Below, one piece after another: positions 12,344-25,558 of a DNA stretch of 64,000 bases (the stretch's first letter is position 1; each line of letters begins with the position of its first letter). The DNA lies in the NCBI GenBank assembly GCA_012295275.1, contig CM022672.1, positions 9,982,001-10,046,000 of the forward strand. The letters run 5' to 3'. The notes beneath the pieces are model-generated. The model did not search any database and was not told where the DNA came from. It saw nothing but the letters and a program-made list of their open reading frames with translations. Made by a program: the position numbers and the translations under genes. The DNA is from Chrysomallon squamiferum. Lineage: Eukaryota; Animalia; Mollusca.

Positions 12344-15300
12344 ATGGAATTGTCTTCGTCAAGTTCTGATTCAGATAGTGAGTTGGAGGAAATTGCTGAA
12401 GCAGCTTTTTCTGAAGCTAAATTAAAATTGAATAAAAGAAATATACTGAACTGTAACTCAGAAAATAAAAGTTCTGTCTGTCAAGAATCGGAAGGAACAA
12501 GTGTGTCATTTATGATAGACAACAAACCAGGTTCTACATGCACTGCCACTTCTAGTTCTAGTGCAAATAAACCCCCAACATTTACATACACTGATGTTAC
12601 TAATTCAAATGAAAAACTGCAATCATCAGGAGTTAGTGATGAGGAAGAGGATGACCAAGTTAATAGGAAAGATACCGATGATAAAAAGTTGGTAACCGTC
12701 TCCACAGTATTATTTTGCTAATTTACATTAATATCATAATCATAATCATGGTAAATTACTAAATAGTTGCTTCCAATATTGTTGCATAAATACTACTTTG
12801 TTTTACACTATCTCTATAAACTTCATAGCAACTGCCATGATTTGGGTGAGATACAAGAAGTAAATTAAATATTGGATTAGACAAAAAGGTCTATGGATGT
12901 TGCAAAACTGACCAGAAGATGAAACTGGTGTTCATTTCTACAGACAAAAAATTATTCTGACATTGAAAATAAAGCTATTTCTTGAACAGATGTATCTCAT
13001 TTTCATAAGCTTCCTGGGAAAAACGATCTAAAAGCATTTTTAATTTCTACGCTCTCTAAAAATTGATTGATGTGAATATTTATATGGATCCATGAAATGA
13101 TGATTCAACTCATTGACTTAATATGAAATTGCACTAAAATAATCTGCTAATAATCGTTCAGCTAAATTAATTACACAGTTTAAATATGTAAGCTCTTCTT
13201 CTCATTTAATACTCCTTTTTATTATCCTGGTTAAATTGCAATAATTAATTCAGTAATAGTCATATATCAGTGTGCAGTCTTATTTCAATTTAATATTGTA
13301 AATAAATATAATATACATATAATTTCAGAACAGATGCAAAACAGACAAGAACAGGTTTAGCATCATCGATAGAAGTGAGTCCAGACTTGTCAGATTTGTA
13401 CATAGAGGTGAATGCATTCACGAAGAAAGGTGAAAACAATATAACATCTTCAAACAAAATACTGAGCAAGCTAAATATAGATAATGAGGTAATTTTCTTA
13501 ATTTTAATTTCAGCTGAAAGTATTATAATAGTTTGTTTTATTTCTGTTTGGAAATATATGAGATACATCTGGAGGCTATGCAGTTATTACCTGTATTCTA
13601 GGTGATTCTAAATTGTAATATATATATATATATATATATATCTCTCGTCCTCATCCTCATCCTCTCCTCTTATCATGATATTTGAGGTAATCTTCAACAA
13701 AAAAAAATTCATTTATAACAGGTAATGAAGAAGAGTGTTATAACTCCAGACATTGAGAGAAAATACATCATACCTCCATATGAAGAAGGCTTACGACAGA
13801 AAAAGAAACAAAGAAAGGTAAAGAAATCTTTTTTTCATTTTTATAAGTACATATCTAATTTTAAGACACACCACTTGATTATTGATGAGCACTTTCCTGT
13901 AGACAAACCGTTGAATACTACAGTGTTTGATAATCTAAGTGGCAAGAATTTAAAATGTAATGATGATTCAGCTGGAAACCAGAATGCTGTTACGGATCTA
14001 TGTTCTTTTCCAGCTTAATAATTTTAACACACCTGTTTCTGAACTGCATACTTTCCAATAATAAATTACATGTAAAGACTAATTAATTATTAAAATATGA
14101 ATTCATAATAACTATTTATTAGATTTTCTATCCTTATTTCTGTAATGGGCTTAAATATAAATTAAGTGTCGATATATAATACAAGCACAATAAACTAGTA
14201 GAATTCGTCCTTCAGATAACTTTATGTAACCAACACCTAAGTATAAGTAATCATATTGTGAAGTGTTGAGGTGACTTTTGTGTGTGTATAAATAATTTAA
14301 GACATTTTTTTAAAAGTTATTAATGATACCTGTGTCTATGTATATATCTGAATCAGAAACTAATGACGTCAATTCCATACTTCCAAAATATTACCACAGA
14401 TGACTTAAAACATTTCCTGTATTCAAAGAGGAAGTTGTATGTATTATATATTATTCTATTATTATTAATTTTTACACAGCTTGAGAGAGAAAAGACAAAA
14501 GGTAAAGGTTGGTTTGGTTTGCCAGCCACTGAACTGGATGAGGAGAAGAAGAATGATCTTTTAGCTCTCAAGATGAGGCGGGCACTCAATCCCAAGAGGT
14601 TTTACAAGGCTAATGATATAAAGGGTCTTCCTAAATATTACCAGGTTGGTTTTAGTGTTCTTCCTGTAAGGGTGTTTTTGAATAATATAAGATTAGTTTG
14701 TTAGTATTGTTCTTTCAAAAGTCAGAAAATATTATACGGTTAATTATTTATTTTCATTTTTAAGAGGCTAATAATCTTAGGAGTCTTCCAAAATACAATC
14801 AGGTTAGTATTACTCTTTTAATAGTCTTAAAATATCAGGCTAGTTTGTTAATATTCTTAAAAGTTAAAAATCTAAAATGTTACCAAGTTTGACTTTTAAT
14901 ATTTCTTTGAAAAGTGGATAATTATCATAAAAGTCTTTCAGAATATTTTTGCCTTAGTAATCATGTTGTATTTTCAGAATTGACAAATTGTATTATTTCC
15001 TTAAACATTTTCACATAAATAATAACAATATATTTTGTTTTAGTTTGGCACTGTGATAGAAGGTCCAGCAGAATTTTATAGTGCAAGAATTCCAAAGAAA
15101 CAACGCAAACAAACTATTGTTGAAGAGTTGTTAGCCGATGCAGAATTCAGAAAGTAAGTTTTAAACTTTGGTATTTATAAGGATTTTGTCTTGCAGAAGT
15201 CTGTAAATTTAGAGGTCCAGTTATTTTGAATATTGTTACAGAAATTTCATCAAGTAACTATAAGTTATTTTAAAAGATATTGCAGTTATTATTAATATTA

Positions 15301-15735
15301 GAACAAATATTAATCTTTTAGTTTTAATTTTTTACATAATGATAAAGATTTTGTCTTTTTACCTACAATGTAGATTAATCTGAAATAGTGTGTAAGAAGA
15401 AAACAAACAACAAGAACTGCTAGAAATAATTTTTGTAACAAAAACAAGTTATTCTTTTTAATATATATTGTTATTAGTTCTTTTATTTACTTACATATAC
15501 ATTTTTTTTCTTTGGGTGGGTGTGGTATGTTATAATTGCAAATATCTATAATACCTGAGTCTCCAAATTTGTTTTTGGAGTGTTCATAAATAATAGTATT
15601 TTAAATGTATTGATTTATTTTTTATTTTATAGATACAACAAACGGAAGTATACAGAAATACAGGAGGCAAAACGACGTGGAATAGGTCCATACCAACACA
15701 TAAAAAGAGGGAAGAAGAAGAAGAAAAAAACATGA
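12344..15735 (+). CDS. DNTTIP2: DNTTIP2 / Fcf2-domain pre-rRNA processing protein, about 325 aa
   Basis: Exons 12344-12687, 13329-13488, 13722-13817, 14480-14644, 15044-15153, 15633-15735, all GT-AG and phase-consistent. C-terminal Fcf2 signature: EREKTKGKGWFGLPATELDEEKKNDLLALKMRRALNPKRFYK...LPKYYQFGTVIEGPAEFYSARIPKKQRKQTIVEELLADAEFRKYNKRKY. The start codon and the exon 1 donor are less certain. Confidence 0.92.
13871..14045 (+). ncRNA. Candidate intronic structured RNA (snoRNA-like, two hairpins) in DNTTIP2 intron 3
   Basis: Hairpin 1 at 13871-13942 (CCACTT/AAGTGG, GATTAT/ATAATC, TGTAG/CTACA). Hairpin 2 at 13951-14026 (TAAAAT/ATTTTA lower stem, AGCTGGAAA/TTTCCAGCT upper stem), followed directly by ACA. 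It also carries ATGATGA (13960) and CTGA (14039). There is no perfect H box. Confidence 0.33.
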
Positions 15736-16412
15736 AGAAACAATTTCTTTATAAAATTATCAATTTGTGTTCAGAATTCTTTTGATAAATACAACTGCCC
15801 AACAAACCAAAGGAAACAATACTTTATTATTATTATTATTATTATTATTAATTAAAAGAATAATCAGGCCACATTTGTTTGCTGTTGTGCATATACTGTG
15901 ATTATATTTAATTAATAAGTAAATATGTGACATGTGTCTAAGGCTCAAGCTTGCTATAGTCACTTAGTGATGCAAGTAACAACTTGAATATCCACTGAAC
16001 TGTGATATATCATTCTATGGATACAGCTGTTGAACTTTAACACATTATACAGAGATGTATTTTTTCTTTTTAAAAAAAAAAAAAAAAAATTACCTTAATT
16101 ATATTCCACAGACAGCAGACTGGTTATGATAGCTGGCTTTTTACTTCCAGGACAAGAAAGAAATTAATATTGAAAATACATCATATAAACACACTATTTT
16201 GACATCCAGTAAGGTGCATATTTGACCGTCTGTATAGTAACTAAAATAATTTTGATGTAACAAGGAAAAATCACACTGCTGGAGAAATTCTCAGTATCAT
16301 TTGCTGCTGATCAAACAAAAGAGTGATTTTACTTGTGCTTTTTTGGAGAACTTCAGTTTCCCTTTTGCACTCACCTTTATTTCTGTTTGTCTTGCTTCTT
16401 ATTTTGAATAAG

Positions 16413-16447
<35 letters not shown>

Positions 16448-17111
16448 CTTACATCTCAAAATGATCAGTATGTGCAGGTCAACAAATTTAAACTTTTTCA
16501 GGAAGTCAAATAGCTAAATAAAGCATTTCTTGAGATTATAGAGCTGATGGAGTTTGTTATGTTATATGAAGATAAAATATAAAGCATATGACCTCATTTG
16601 TTGGTAAATGAATCATCACATTAAAACAGAAATAAATAAATAAAATCAGAAATAATAAAAACACTAATAACAATAACAAAAGTGAATAATAAAAAAACAA
16701 AACAATTAGCATTAATAAACAAATTGGTAAAAGTTGTGGTAGGACAATAAATTTGTTGTTTTATCTCTAATTATACAGGTCTCTTTTTTTTAAAGTTTAT
16801 TTAGTTTTTTAATTACAGAAAAAGAAGGACCCTTAAATCCATTGTATTAAAAACGGTATTTTAATGCAACAGTTTATGTAAGATTATTTGCCAGTTAAAC
16901 AAGATAGGATACCATATAAGTAACAACCACACAAAACGAATCTGAATTCGAGAAAAAAACAAAACAAACAACGAACGGTACATATATACATACACCAAAG
17001 TATTGTGTAAAACCTCTGCTAATAAGAGTAGGCCTAAATTCCCAGTTTCTAACGAATTTTAATTGATGGGTTTAATGGCGCAGAAAATCATATTTTCTTG
17101 CATATTTTAAA

Positions 17112-17295
17112 GGTGGTCACGATGGCCGAGTGGTATCATCGTCCGCCTTCACAGTATGGCTGAACTGTTGCCGTACTTCGAGTCTCGTCAGCAACTGACA
17201 TTTGTGAATAGACTTCGTTCTTCTATGCCTTTGCCTTCCCGAATATTATTGTCTATGTGCAGAATTTAATCAGACATATATAAGATGAAGAACAC
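17112..17295 (+). mobile_element. tRNA-derived SINE copy
   Basis: Pol III A box TGGCCGAGTGG and B-box-like CTTCGAGTCTC, a body shared with the copies at 19240, 24077 and 24390 (CCTTCCCGAATATTATT...GCAGA.T.TAATCAGAC), and a (CA)n tail. Confidence 0.7.
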
Positions 17296-18352
17296 ACACA
17301 CACACAGGCACACAAAAAAAAAAACAAAAACAAACACGCATGAAATGTGGATTCTTCATTTAAATGTTTCCAATTAATATATATATATATATATAATACG
17401 TGGTGGGCAAAACAATTTAGTTAAAACTGATGTTGAATGTGTGAAAATCTGATTAAATGGTTGATAAAAGTTAATGCGTGCACAGATGTTTATTGTGTGG
17501 AGATAAGAATTTCGTTTGTCACGTTTGACACGTTAGATCGATTCGTTATCAGTAAGCACAGAGGCAGGGGGGCGTCAAAAGACGGGCGGGACCTTTTCTA
17601 ATGAAATTCTATTCTGAAGAGACTTATTCACTGTTTTTGCATTTTTATCCCCTTGCAATTCCTGAAACTTTTGTTACAAAAGAGTTAAATAATTATTTAT
17701 GACTGAATGGGAATTCGGAATGTGTCACAGCAATTTTGCAAAGCATCTAAGCTTAAAAACCCCTTCAAGAAAGATGGTGTGCGAATATTGCAGATAACAT
17801 TAACATAAGTTTTTCAAATGAATTATGAGGAATTCTGGCTATGAATATAATATTACTAATTTTATGATTAGGACAATGAAGACATAGAAATACTATATAG
17901 CAAAAATTAGTACAACAGATTTGAGTTCAAAAATACATCATGCACGTACATATTGGGACCAGATTTACCATAAATAGTCGGGTCAAATCTGACACCTGAC
18001 AAGAATTCTTAAACTGGTTACCATTTTAAAAATATCACATTATATATATATATATATGTTGTTTCCTTTTGTCTGTGAGGTTCAATGGAAAAGAGGGCCT
18101 GAATTGTCCCACATTATCATATTAACTGTACAGTTATATAATTATTATTCTCTGTATTCGCTGGAGAAATAGTTTTAAAAATAACTACTGCAGTGAGCTA
18201 GTTCTTTGTCATTAAGGCGCTAACTGAAAACGTTCTACGGGAAAGAAAGAGAAACCAAGACTAAATATTTAAATATTAAAAATATGTCATATATAACAAC
18301 ATTGAGTACACGTGCCACACATTTTTAAAATTATTGTTATTTACTTTCTTTT

Positions 18353-18395
<43 letters not shown>

Positions 18396-19239
18396 GTACT
18401 AATAAACCAGTTTAGTCAATATAGTATTCAGTCAGAAGTAGGCGGAGTTATCATTCCGACCGAGTAAAACTATGTATACGTGCCTTCGTAGATGTGCGCG
18501 TACATTCATCCGTAAACGCGTACATATATATACAAATACAGCAAACACACATAAAAATAAATATTCGCAAGCATACACACATACATATACATTCACACAC
18601 ATAACAGGACAAACATAGATACACACATTCATCGATGAATTCATACATATGGCTGCATACACACATACAAACATATGTACGTCCATACATACATACATAC
18701 ACATACATACATACACATATTTACGAATTCGTTGAGAGTATTTGAAAATCTTAATTATTCTGCTGCAGTCCCATAACAGCGACAAAATAAGTTTCGACTG
18801 TGAATAGTAAGTTAAACGTCAAACCAGTAATCATACTAACTGTATGATTATCATCACACGCTGGTAAACCAAATATCTCTCCCACTGTAGACGAAAGATT
18901 TTATTATCACCCCTGGAATGAGCATGCATATATACACAAAATTATGTACACACATGCATTTATAACTGTATATATGGATTTAGAAATAAATTACATTTTG
19001 TTAGTGTATTAATCCACTAAACTTGACTCAAACACACAAATCCTTTATTAGAGAAATCTTCAAGGACGGCTTCACTTTTGTTAATATTTCATTAATTTAT
19101 ATTCCACTGACGAGATTCGAACTAGCGGAGAACTGTTGTCAGGTATTTGTAAATATATACTAACGCATATATCCATGTCTACACATACGCTTATATCAAT
19201 GTATTTGTGAAGGTATGTATTTTAGGATTGTAATATTCT

Positions 19240-19400
19240 ATGTTTTATGTACGACTGATTAGACTCTGCACGTAGACAATATTCGGGAATGCACTGACGC
19301 AGGAGGACAAAGTCCCAATACGACCTCACACAAACCATCCCAGAGGCCGCTGAGAGACTCGAACGTATGTCACACGTTCGACACACTATGTTACCGTTCA
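19240..19400 (-). mobile_element. tRNA-derived SINE copy (same family, reverse orientation)
   Basis: The reverse complement contains GTTCGAGTCTCTCAGC...TTCCCGAATATTGTCTACGTGCAGAGTCTAATCAG, which matches the 17112 copy. Confidence 0.62.
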
Positions 19401-19714
19401 GCTTCTAAACAACCTTTAACGGGGGAGTCTTTAATGGGCGGAGCCTATAGAATCAATAAAAAAAAAAAAAAAAAAAGAAGAAGAAGAAAAGCAACAACAA
19501 AAAACCTCACCCCAAATCTCCGTTTCAATTTGTGATATTTTATTAATTCTAAAATAACTATATTAAATTATCGTTATTAAAGGTATTAGTACATCTAATA
19601 TGTATTTGTATTAACATCTGACATGCATCCTTTTCTCATATGATCATATTTGATTTAAATATTTCTTTAAATGATATACTTTCAGCATCTTCTTATCTTT
19701 CTATATTTTCGGTA

Positions 19715-19750
<36 letters not shown>

Positions 19751-19819
19751 AATTAAAACATTAAAACATTATTTTAAAATTTTCTGTATTTTTGAAAAAA
19801 TTTATATTTGTTTTAATTT

Positions 19820-19878
<59 letters not shown>

Positions 19879-20045
19879 CGTATTATTCTTACGGTTGAAG
19901 TAATATATCGATCTGGGTAATCGAGTTTCTATTTGTCAGTGACGTTACGTGTTTAGGTATTTAAACTTTCACCATTCATTCCATCGTCTTCATCTACGAG
20001 GTGGCAAATATTGCATTTATTCGCACGCATATTCTTAGTTACACC

Positions 20046-21069
20046 ATGAAGATTATTGCAGTCATTTTGTTTATTATTTTGGGTCACTTCTCAACGGCTG
20101 GAAATATCGTAAGTTATTATTATTATTATTATTATTGTTGTTGCTGCTGCTGCTGCTGCTGTTGTTCTTCGTCTTCTTCTTCTATTTCTTGTTCTTGTCC
20201 TTATTATTAATGTTTTCGTTGTTCTGCTTCGTTGTTTGTTTTTGTTATTCTTGTTATTGATGTTATTGTTTTTGTTTTTGTTATTCTTGTTATTGATGTT
20301 ATTGTTGTTCTTGTTCTCGTTATTCTTATTATTGATGTTATTGTTGTTCTTGTTCTCGTTATTCTTATATTAATGTAATATTGTTCTTGTTCTCGTTATT
20401 CTTATTATTAATGTTATTCTTGTTTTTGTTCTCGTTATTCTTATTATTTATGTTATTTATGTTACTGTTGTTCTTTTTTATGTTTTTGTTCTTCTTGTTC
20501 TCGTTATTCTTATTATTAATGTTATTCTTGTTTTTGTTCTCGTTATTCTTATTATTTATGTTATTTATTTATGTTACTGTTGTTCTTTTTTATGTTTTTG
20601 TTCTTCTTGTTAAAGCTACTGTTGTTCTTGAACGTTTTCTTCTTATTCTTATTATTGATGCTTTTGTTGTACTTGTTCTTGTTATTACAGTTATTGTTGT
20701 TCTTGTTCGTGTTCTTATTCTTATTATTAATTTGATTGTTCTTTATCTTTTTTTTTGAATTCTTGTTTTTCTTAATATTATTGTTGTTCACTTCTTGTTA
20801 TCCTTCTTATTATTAAAAATAAAAATAAATTTAATAATTGATAACAATGAAATTATTGTATAAATGAACGACTTCAAAATTCTATCTTTATAGATGAACC
20901 GACATTTATATCTTTTATAAATTATTTTTTCTTAACAAAATGAACATTAAAGCTAATATTTTTTTTTTCATTTTTATTTTTATATATCTTATAATTCTTT
21001 TATGTGATATTTGTTTTCTTTGAGGCAAAAATCAGTTAATGTACATAAACATTGGTAATTAACTTCTGT

Positions 21070-21124
<55 letters not shown>

Positions 21125-24100
21125 TTTCAGTAAATTGATCAGTACTGGTCAAAATTAAAAAAGTGTGTTTAGTCATTATTGTTATTATTATTTTTTGTTA
21201 ACTTTTTAAATTTATTTATTTATTTATTCATTTATTATTATTATTATTTTATTATTTTTCTTTTTATTGTTTTTAATTTATTTTTAATTTATTTATTTAT
21301 TTATTTATTTATTTTTTTGTCATTTTTTTCATTTTTTTGAAACCAGCTTTATGTTAAACGAACATGTATTTCTTTCTTTTTGTTTGTTCACTGTACAGTG
21401 GTACCTCGACTTACGAGTTCGATTCCTTCCGTGACCGAGCTCATGACTCAATTTTTTCGTATATCAAATCAATTCACCCAAAGGAAATTAACTGAAATAG
21501 TATCAATCCGTTCCAGCCCCACCAAAAAAAATCACCCCAATTTTTTGTAACGTGTTTTTAAATAACAAAAATATATGTATAAATGACAAATATTGTATAA
21601 AAACAAAATAAAAGAAAATGTAAAGTGTAAAGGGTTACAGTTAAATTATTTTAACGCCTGTAGCTGGAGTTACAGCCTTTATCGACTCCTTCTGCTTCAA
21701 TATGGTACATATCGTAAAAGTACTACGCTCGTACTGCCTAGCCATGTTGACAAAAGCACACCTCGCTCATGTTTTTCTATGACTTCATGCTTTAAGTCAA
21801 TGGACATCATCCGCTTCTTCTTCTCAGCACTGTCCTTTGTACTCACTTTCTTCGGATCCATTGTCAGAAAAAAGAAATTTGGCACAAAACGCGAGCACAA
21901 CACAACAGACATGCTTCCACGGCGAGGTAACCACGTGAAGCAAACAAGTAAGACGCGGGATGCTAGGTGGATGTTGTGTTGTTCGTTGCGCCAACTAGCG
22001 GCGGCGTAGCTGAAGCTCGCTCGTAACTCGAATTGTGGCTCGCAACTCAAAGCTAAAACTCGTAAGTTGGAGAACTTGTAAGTCGAGGTACCACTGTATT
22101 CTTTTCACTTTTGTTGTTGTCTTGCTATTGTTATTGTTGCTGTTATTATTATTATTGATATTCTTACTATTACAGCTGTTGTGATCATATGTATTGTTGT
22201 TATTATTATTTATTTATTTGCTTATATATATATATATTATTTTTATTTTTATTTAAGGAAACTATGTCACAGTGTCTTCTGTGTGATGACAGTAAGTATA
22301 TCTGAATGTATATTTAAAAACAAAATACTTTAATATAAATAATACTTTACAGAACATGAAATCATTGAGCTTTATATGTAAAAGGGTTCTTGCTACTCGA
22401 AAAAGAGTAACCCATATGGCTTTTTTCTTGTTCCATGACTAAATTATTTTTGGTAATTAGCACCAAAATATATATATATTTTTATTTATTTATTATTATG
22501 TTTTTTTTACAGTTCTTAAAAACGTTGCAGATGGAAACGTGCCAAGACTTTCATATCCTTGCTGGTGTATGTAAGTACAGGAACAACAACAATAACACGG
22601 TTTATTCTTTCATTCTTTTAAGGACAAAAAACCAACAAAAAACAACTACTACAACAAAAAAAAAAAACCCCAAAAACAGACATAAATAAAAACTGAAAAA
22701 AAAAAAAAAACACCCGAAAGAAACAACAAAAACAACAACTCAGCAAAAACCTAAAGAAACAGCAAAATATGTTTAACGATGATTCATTCATATCAGTAAA
22801 TGCAGTCTTTTGTAACCCTGAATTCCTTTGTAAGTAAGAAAAGGTATCTTGGTACACTCTTCTTGTTACATCTTGAGCTTCCACGTCTCTACTGCCCATT
22901 AAGCTTTTCCTTCGCCCCAGACAGAACCCTATACTGGTTTATGAAAAGCCGTGGTATTTACTTTCTTAACTTGGGAACGTGCACATAAATATCCCTGGTT
23001 CATGAAATGGTCCGTAGAGTGGCAACTGTCTTAAATGGTAATTACAAATATACGTTTTTGACGTTGTCCTTTTTCTCTGTTTTGCGCATTACATTCATAC
23101 AAGGAAACCATTTTGATTTTTAAGAATCCACAAAATATTAAATAATACATTTTAAAGACCCCCCAAAAAAAGTATTTGCATAGTCATTACTGGCTATATA
23201 CATCGTTGTATGGCACCAGCATCCTTATTATTACTTTTAGAATTGGAAATATTAAAAAGACAATGGAAGAACTGGAAAATCAAGTGGAAACACTAACCAC
23301 AGAGTTGAATGAAACTAAGAATAATCTGACTGAAGTCACGGAACATCTTGAGACTGTTTGTCCCGATTCCACCAGTCTCAAAAGTAAGATTTTTCCATTT
23401 TTATTAATTGTTTTTGTAGTTTTTCATTGTATTACATTGCTTTTTATTGTGTTCCACTGCTTTTCATTGTTTTCTACAGCTTTTCGTTATGTTCTGAGCC
23501 TCCCTTTATGATCCTTAAATTGTTTGTTAAAGTTTATATATGAAACGTGATTAATGCGCAGAGTATTATTAATTAACAAGGATGAGATAAAACTCTAACA
23601 GAAACCTAGAGTTCAGAAGTCAGAAATACTGGAATAATATTTTAAATACATACATGCAATCATACATACATAGATAGATATATATATATATACTCGCGCA
23701 CGCATGCACACACACACACATATATATATATATGAGTATGTCTGTCCGGTTGAATGTATGTAAGCTTACATATATCACACATATGAACACGCGTATTTAA
23801 TTATAACTTCAGCTCTCTGCAACGAGTCGGACGGTTTCGAGTTTCTCGAGTCAGATGACGGATGTAGATACATCTGTTTTAAAGCCATCGTCGACTTATC
23901 TGACTATGCAACTGCAAAAACTGCCTGTACAAATGCTGGAGCAAAACTCATCATACTGGATACGTTAGACAAAAATAGCCTAATGGTATACAAATTACAA
24001 GAATGTGAGTAACACGTACACGCGCATCCACTGATTACATACATATATGCACACATACACATATACATATACGTTAGGGTTGTCTTGATGGTCGGATGGT

Positions 24101-24970
24101 AACGTCGTCCGCCTTCGAAATGCGGGCGAATGGGTGACATATGATCGAGTCTGTCAGCGGAATCTGGCGGGATTTGTCCTCCTCCGCCATTGCGCTCCCA
24201 AATATTATCTATGAGCAGAGTCTAATCCGACGTTCATAAGACAGAGATTATTCAAAATCCTAAGCTACATATCCATACACACACACACACGCACACACAT
24301 ACATACATACACACACACACATATATACGTAGAGACATAAAATCACATATACACACACACAGACACATAGACGTACCACATATTACTGAAGACTCGTCAG
24401 CGATATCGGACATTTGTGAAGTCGTAATTGGAGTTTGTTCTCCTTGCCTTCCCGAATGCAGTCAATAATTATGCAGACTCTAATCAGACGTACAGAATAT
24501 TAATTCCCAAAGACATACATTACATAAATTGAACACACACACACACACACACACACACACATTTGTAAACTGCAGTAGTCATATAATTATAAAGTTAACC
24601 TAATTTTTTTTTTTTTTTTTTTTTTTTTGTTTTATTATCATTTTTAATTTTTTTTTTTAAATAATTTTAATATGTACAAATTAATATGTTTTAAACGTAC
24701 TTTTCACTGTACCAGTATTTGCATTCTCTTTTATTACATGCTGCAGCTTACGCCTCCAACAGTTTCTGGATAAATTTGGAATTCGTGGATAATGAATGGA
24801 AGTGGGATGGAACGACCACGGCAACTTTCACAAACTGGGCAGAGGATGAACCAGATAATAACCAGAACTGCGCCTCGCTAAACACTGTGCATGGCCACAA
24901 GTGGTTTGACTGGTACTGCAGCCAAAGCAACAAAAACGGGGCTTTGTGCGAGATCACGACGTCGTCTTAA
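20046..24970 (+). CDS. Secreted coiled-coil C-type lectin, paralog L1 (237 aa, acidic)
   Basis: Exons 20046-20108, 22258-22291, 22513-22570, 23241-23383, 23813-24004, 24747-24970 (intron phases 0,1,2,1,1). Signal peptide MKIIAVILFIILGHFSTAG; CDDILKNVADGNVPRLSYPCWC; heptad region MEELENQVETLTTELNETKNNLTEV; CTLD with FWINL, FTNWAEDEPDNNQNC, KWFDWYC, ALCE. AATAAA follows the stop codon. Confidence 0.9.
20215..20800. repeat. Compound TTG/TTC/TTA low-complexity tandem repeat in L1 intron 1
   Basis: Repeated TTGTTCTCGTTATTCTTATTATT units with a longer internal duplication. This repeat explains spurious ORFs 20381..20758 and 20561..20791. Confidence 0.8.
21396..22096 (-). mobile_element. Non-autonomous Tigger/pogo (Tc1-mariner superfamily) DNA transposon in L1 intron 1
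   Basis: 24-bp terminal inverted repeats CAGTGGTACCTCGACTTAC(G/A)AGTT with one mismatch, flanked by TA on both sides. It contains a minus-strand remnant of the transposase N-terminus, MDPKKVSTKDSAEKKKRMMSIDLKHEVIEKHERGV (CENP-B/psq-type HTH start). Confidence 0.88.
24077..24250 (+). mobile_element. tRNA-derived SINE copy in L1 intron 5
   Basis: GATGGTCGGATGGTAACGTCGTCCGCCTTC aligns with the head of the 17112 copy. It has a B-box-like GATCGAGTC and the shared 3' body GCAGAGTCTAATC. Confidence 0.65.
24390..24500 (+). mobile_element. 5'-truncated SINE fragment, same family
   Basis: CTCGTCAGC...GACATTTGTGAA...CCTTGCCTTCCCGAAT...GCAGACTCTAATCAGAC matches 17180-17280. Confidence 0.6.
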
Positions 24971-25443
24971 GATAAAAATAAAAATTCATCAAAATGAAAT
25001 AGAAATATTTATATTTTTTCTTTGTTAATTAATTTAATTGATTGATTGATTGATTGATTGATTGTTTAGTTTTTTTTTTTTTTTTTTGTTCTAATTTATT
25101 TATTTACTTATGAAGATTCCCAAAATGATATTTTAAAAAAATTAAAATATTTGACTAATTTAATTGATTTATCCATTAATGTTTTTTTAAATTTATTTTA
25201 TTTACTTATTTATTTATTGATTTTATATATTCTTTCTGATATGTTTGATTGTTATTAATTTTATTTATTTATATATTTAGAATTTATGAAGTGTTAACTT
25301 ATTTATTGATTTATTGATTTATTATTAATTAATTAATTTTCTTAGTTTCGATTAAATATTTTTATGTAAAGTTAATTTCAAACAAAATTACACAAAAATA
25401 AATAAATAAATAATTCAGGAAATATATTATCAGTTTTTGAAAC

Positions 25444-25474
<31 letters not shown>

Positions 25475-25504
25475 TTTATTTTTATTTTTATTTTTATTTT
25501 TTTA

Positions 25505-25558
<54 letters not shown>

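Noticed and set aside
13883-13931. SECIS-like ATGA...AAA...TGAT hairpin
   Set aside because: It is intronic rather than in a 3'UTR, the ATGA-to-AAA spacing is too long, and the host gene has no in-frame TGA.
17112-17200. tRNA-like A and B boxes
   Set aside because: No cloverleaf can be formed, and the downstream body is repeated elsewhere in the window. It is a SINE head rather than a tRNA gene.
17400-18030. Higher-complexity segment with a faint transposase-like peptide (LQERWCANIAD)
   Set aside because: It is too short and interrupted, and no terminal repeats were identified.
18432-18785. ORFs rich in YVCM/VCVY, and similar ORFs at 27314-27576, 32937-33499, 34230-34733, 42491-43016, 56728-57043 and 61426-61677
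   Set aside because: They are translations of (CA)n, (TA)n, (TACA)n and (AAT)n microsatellites, with no splice or homology support.
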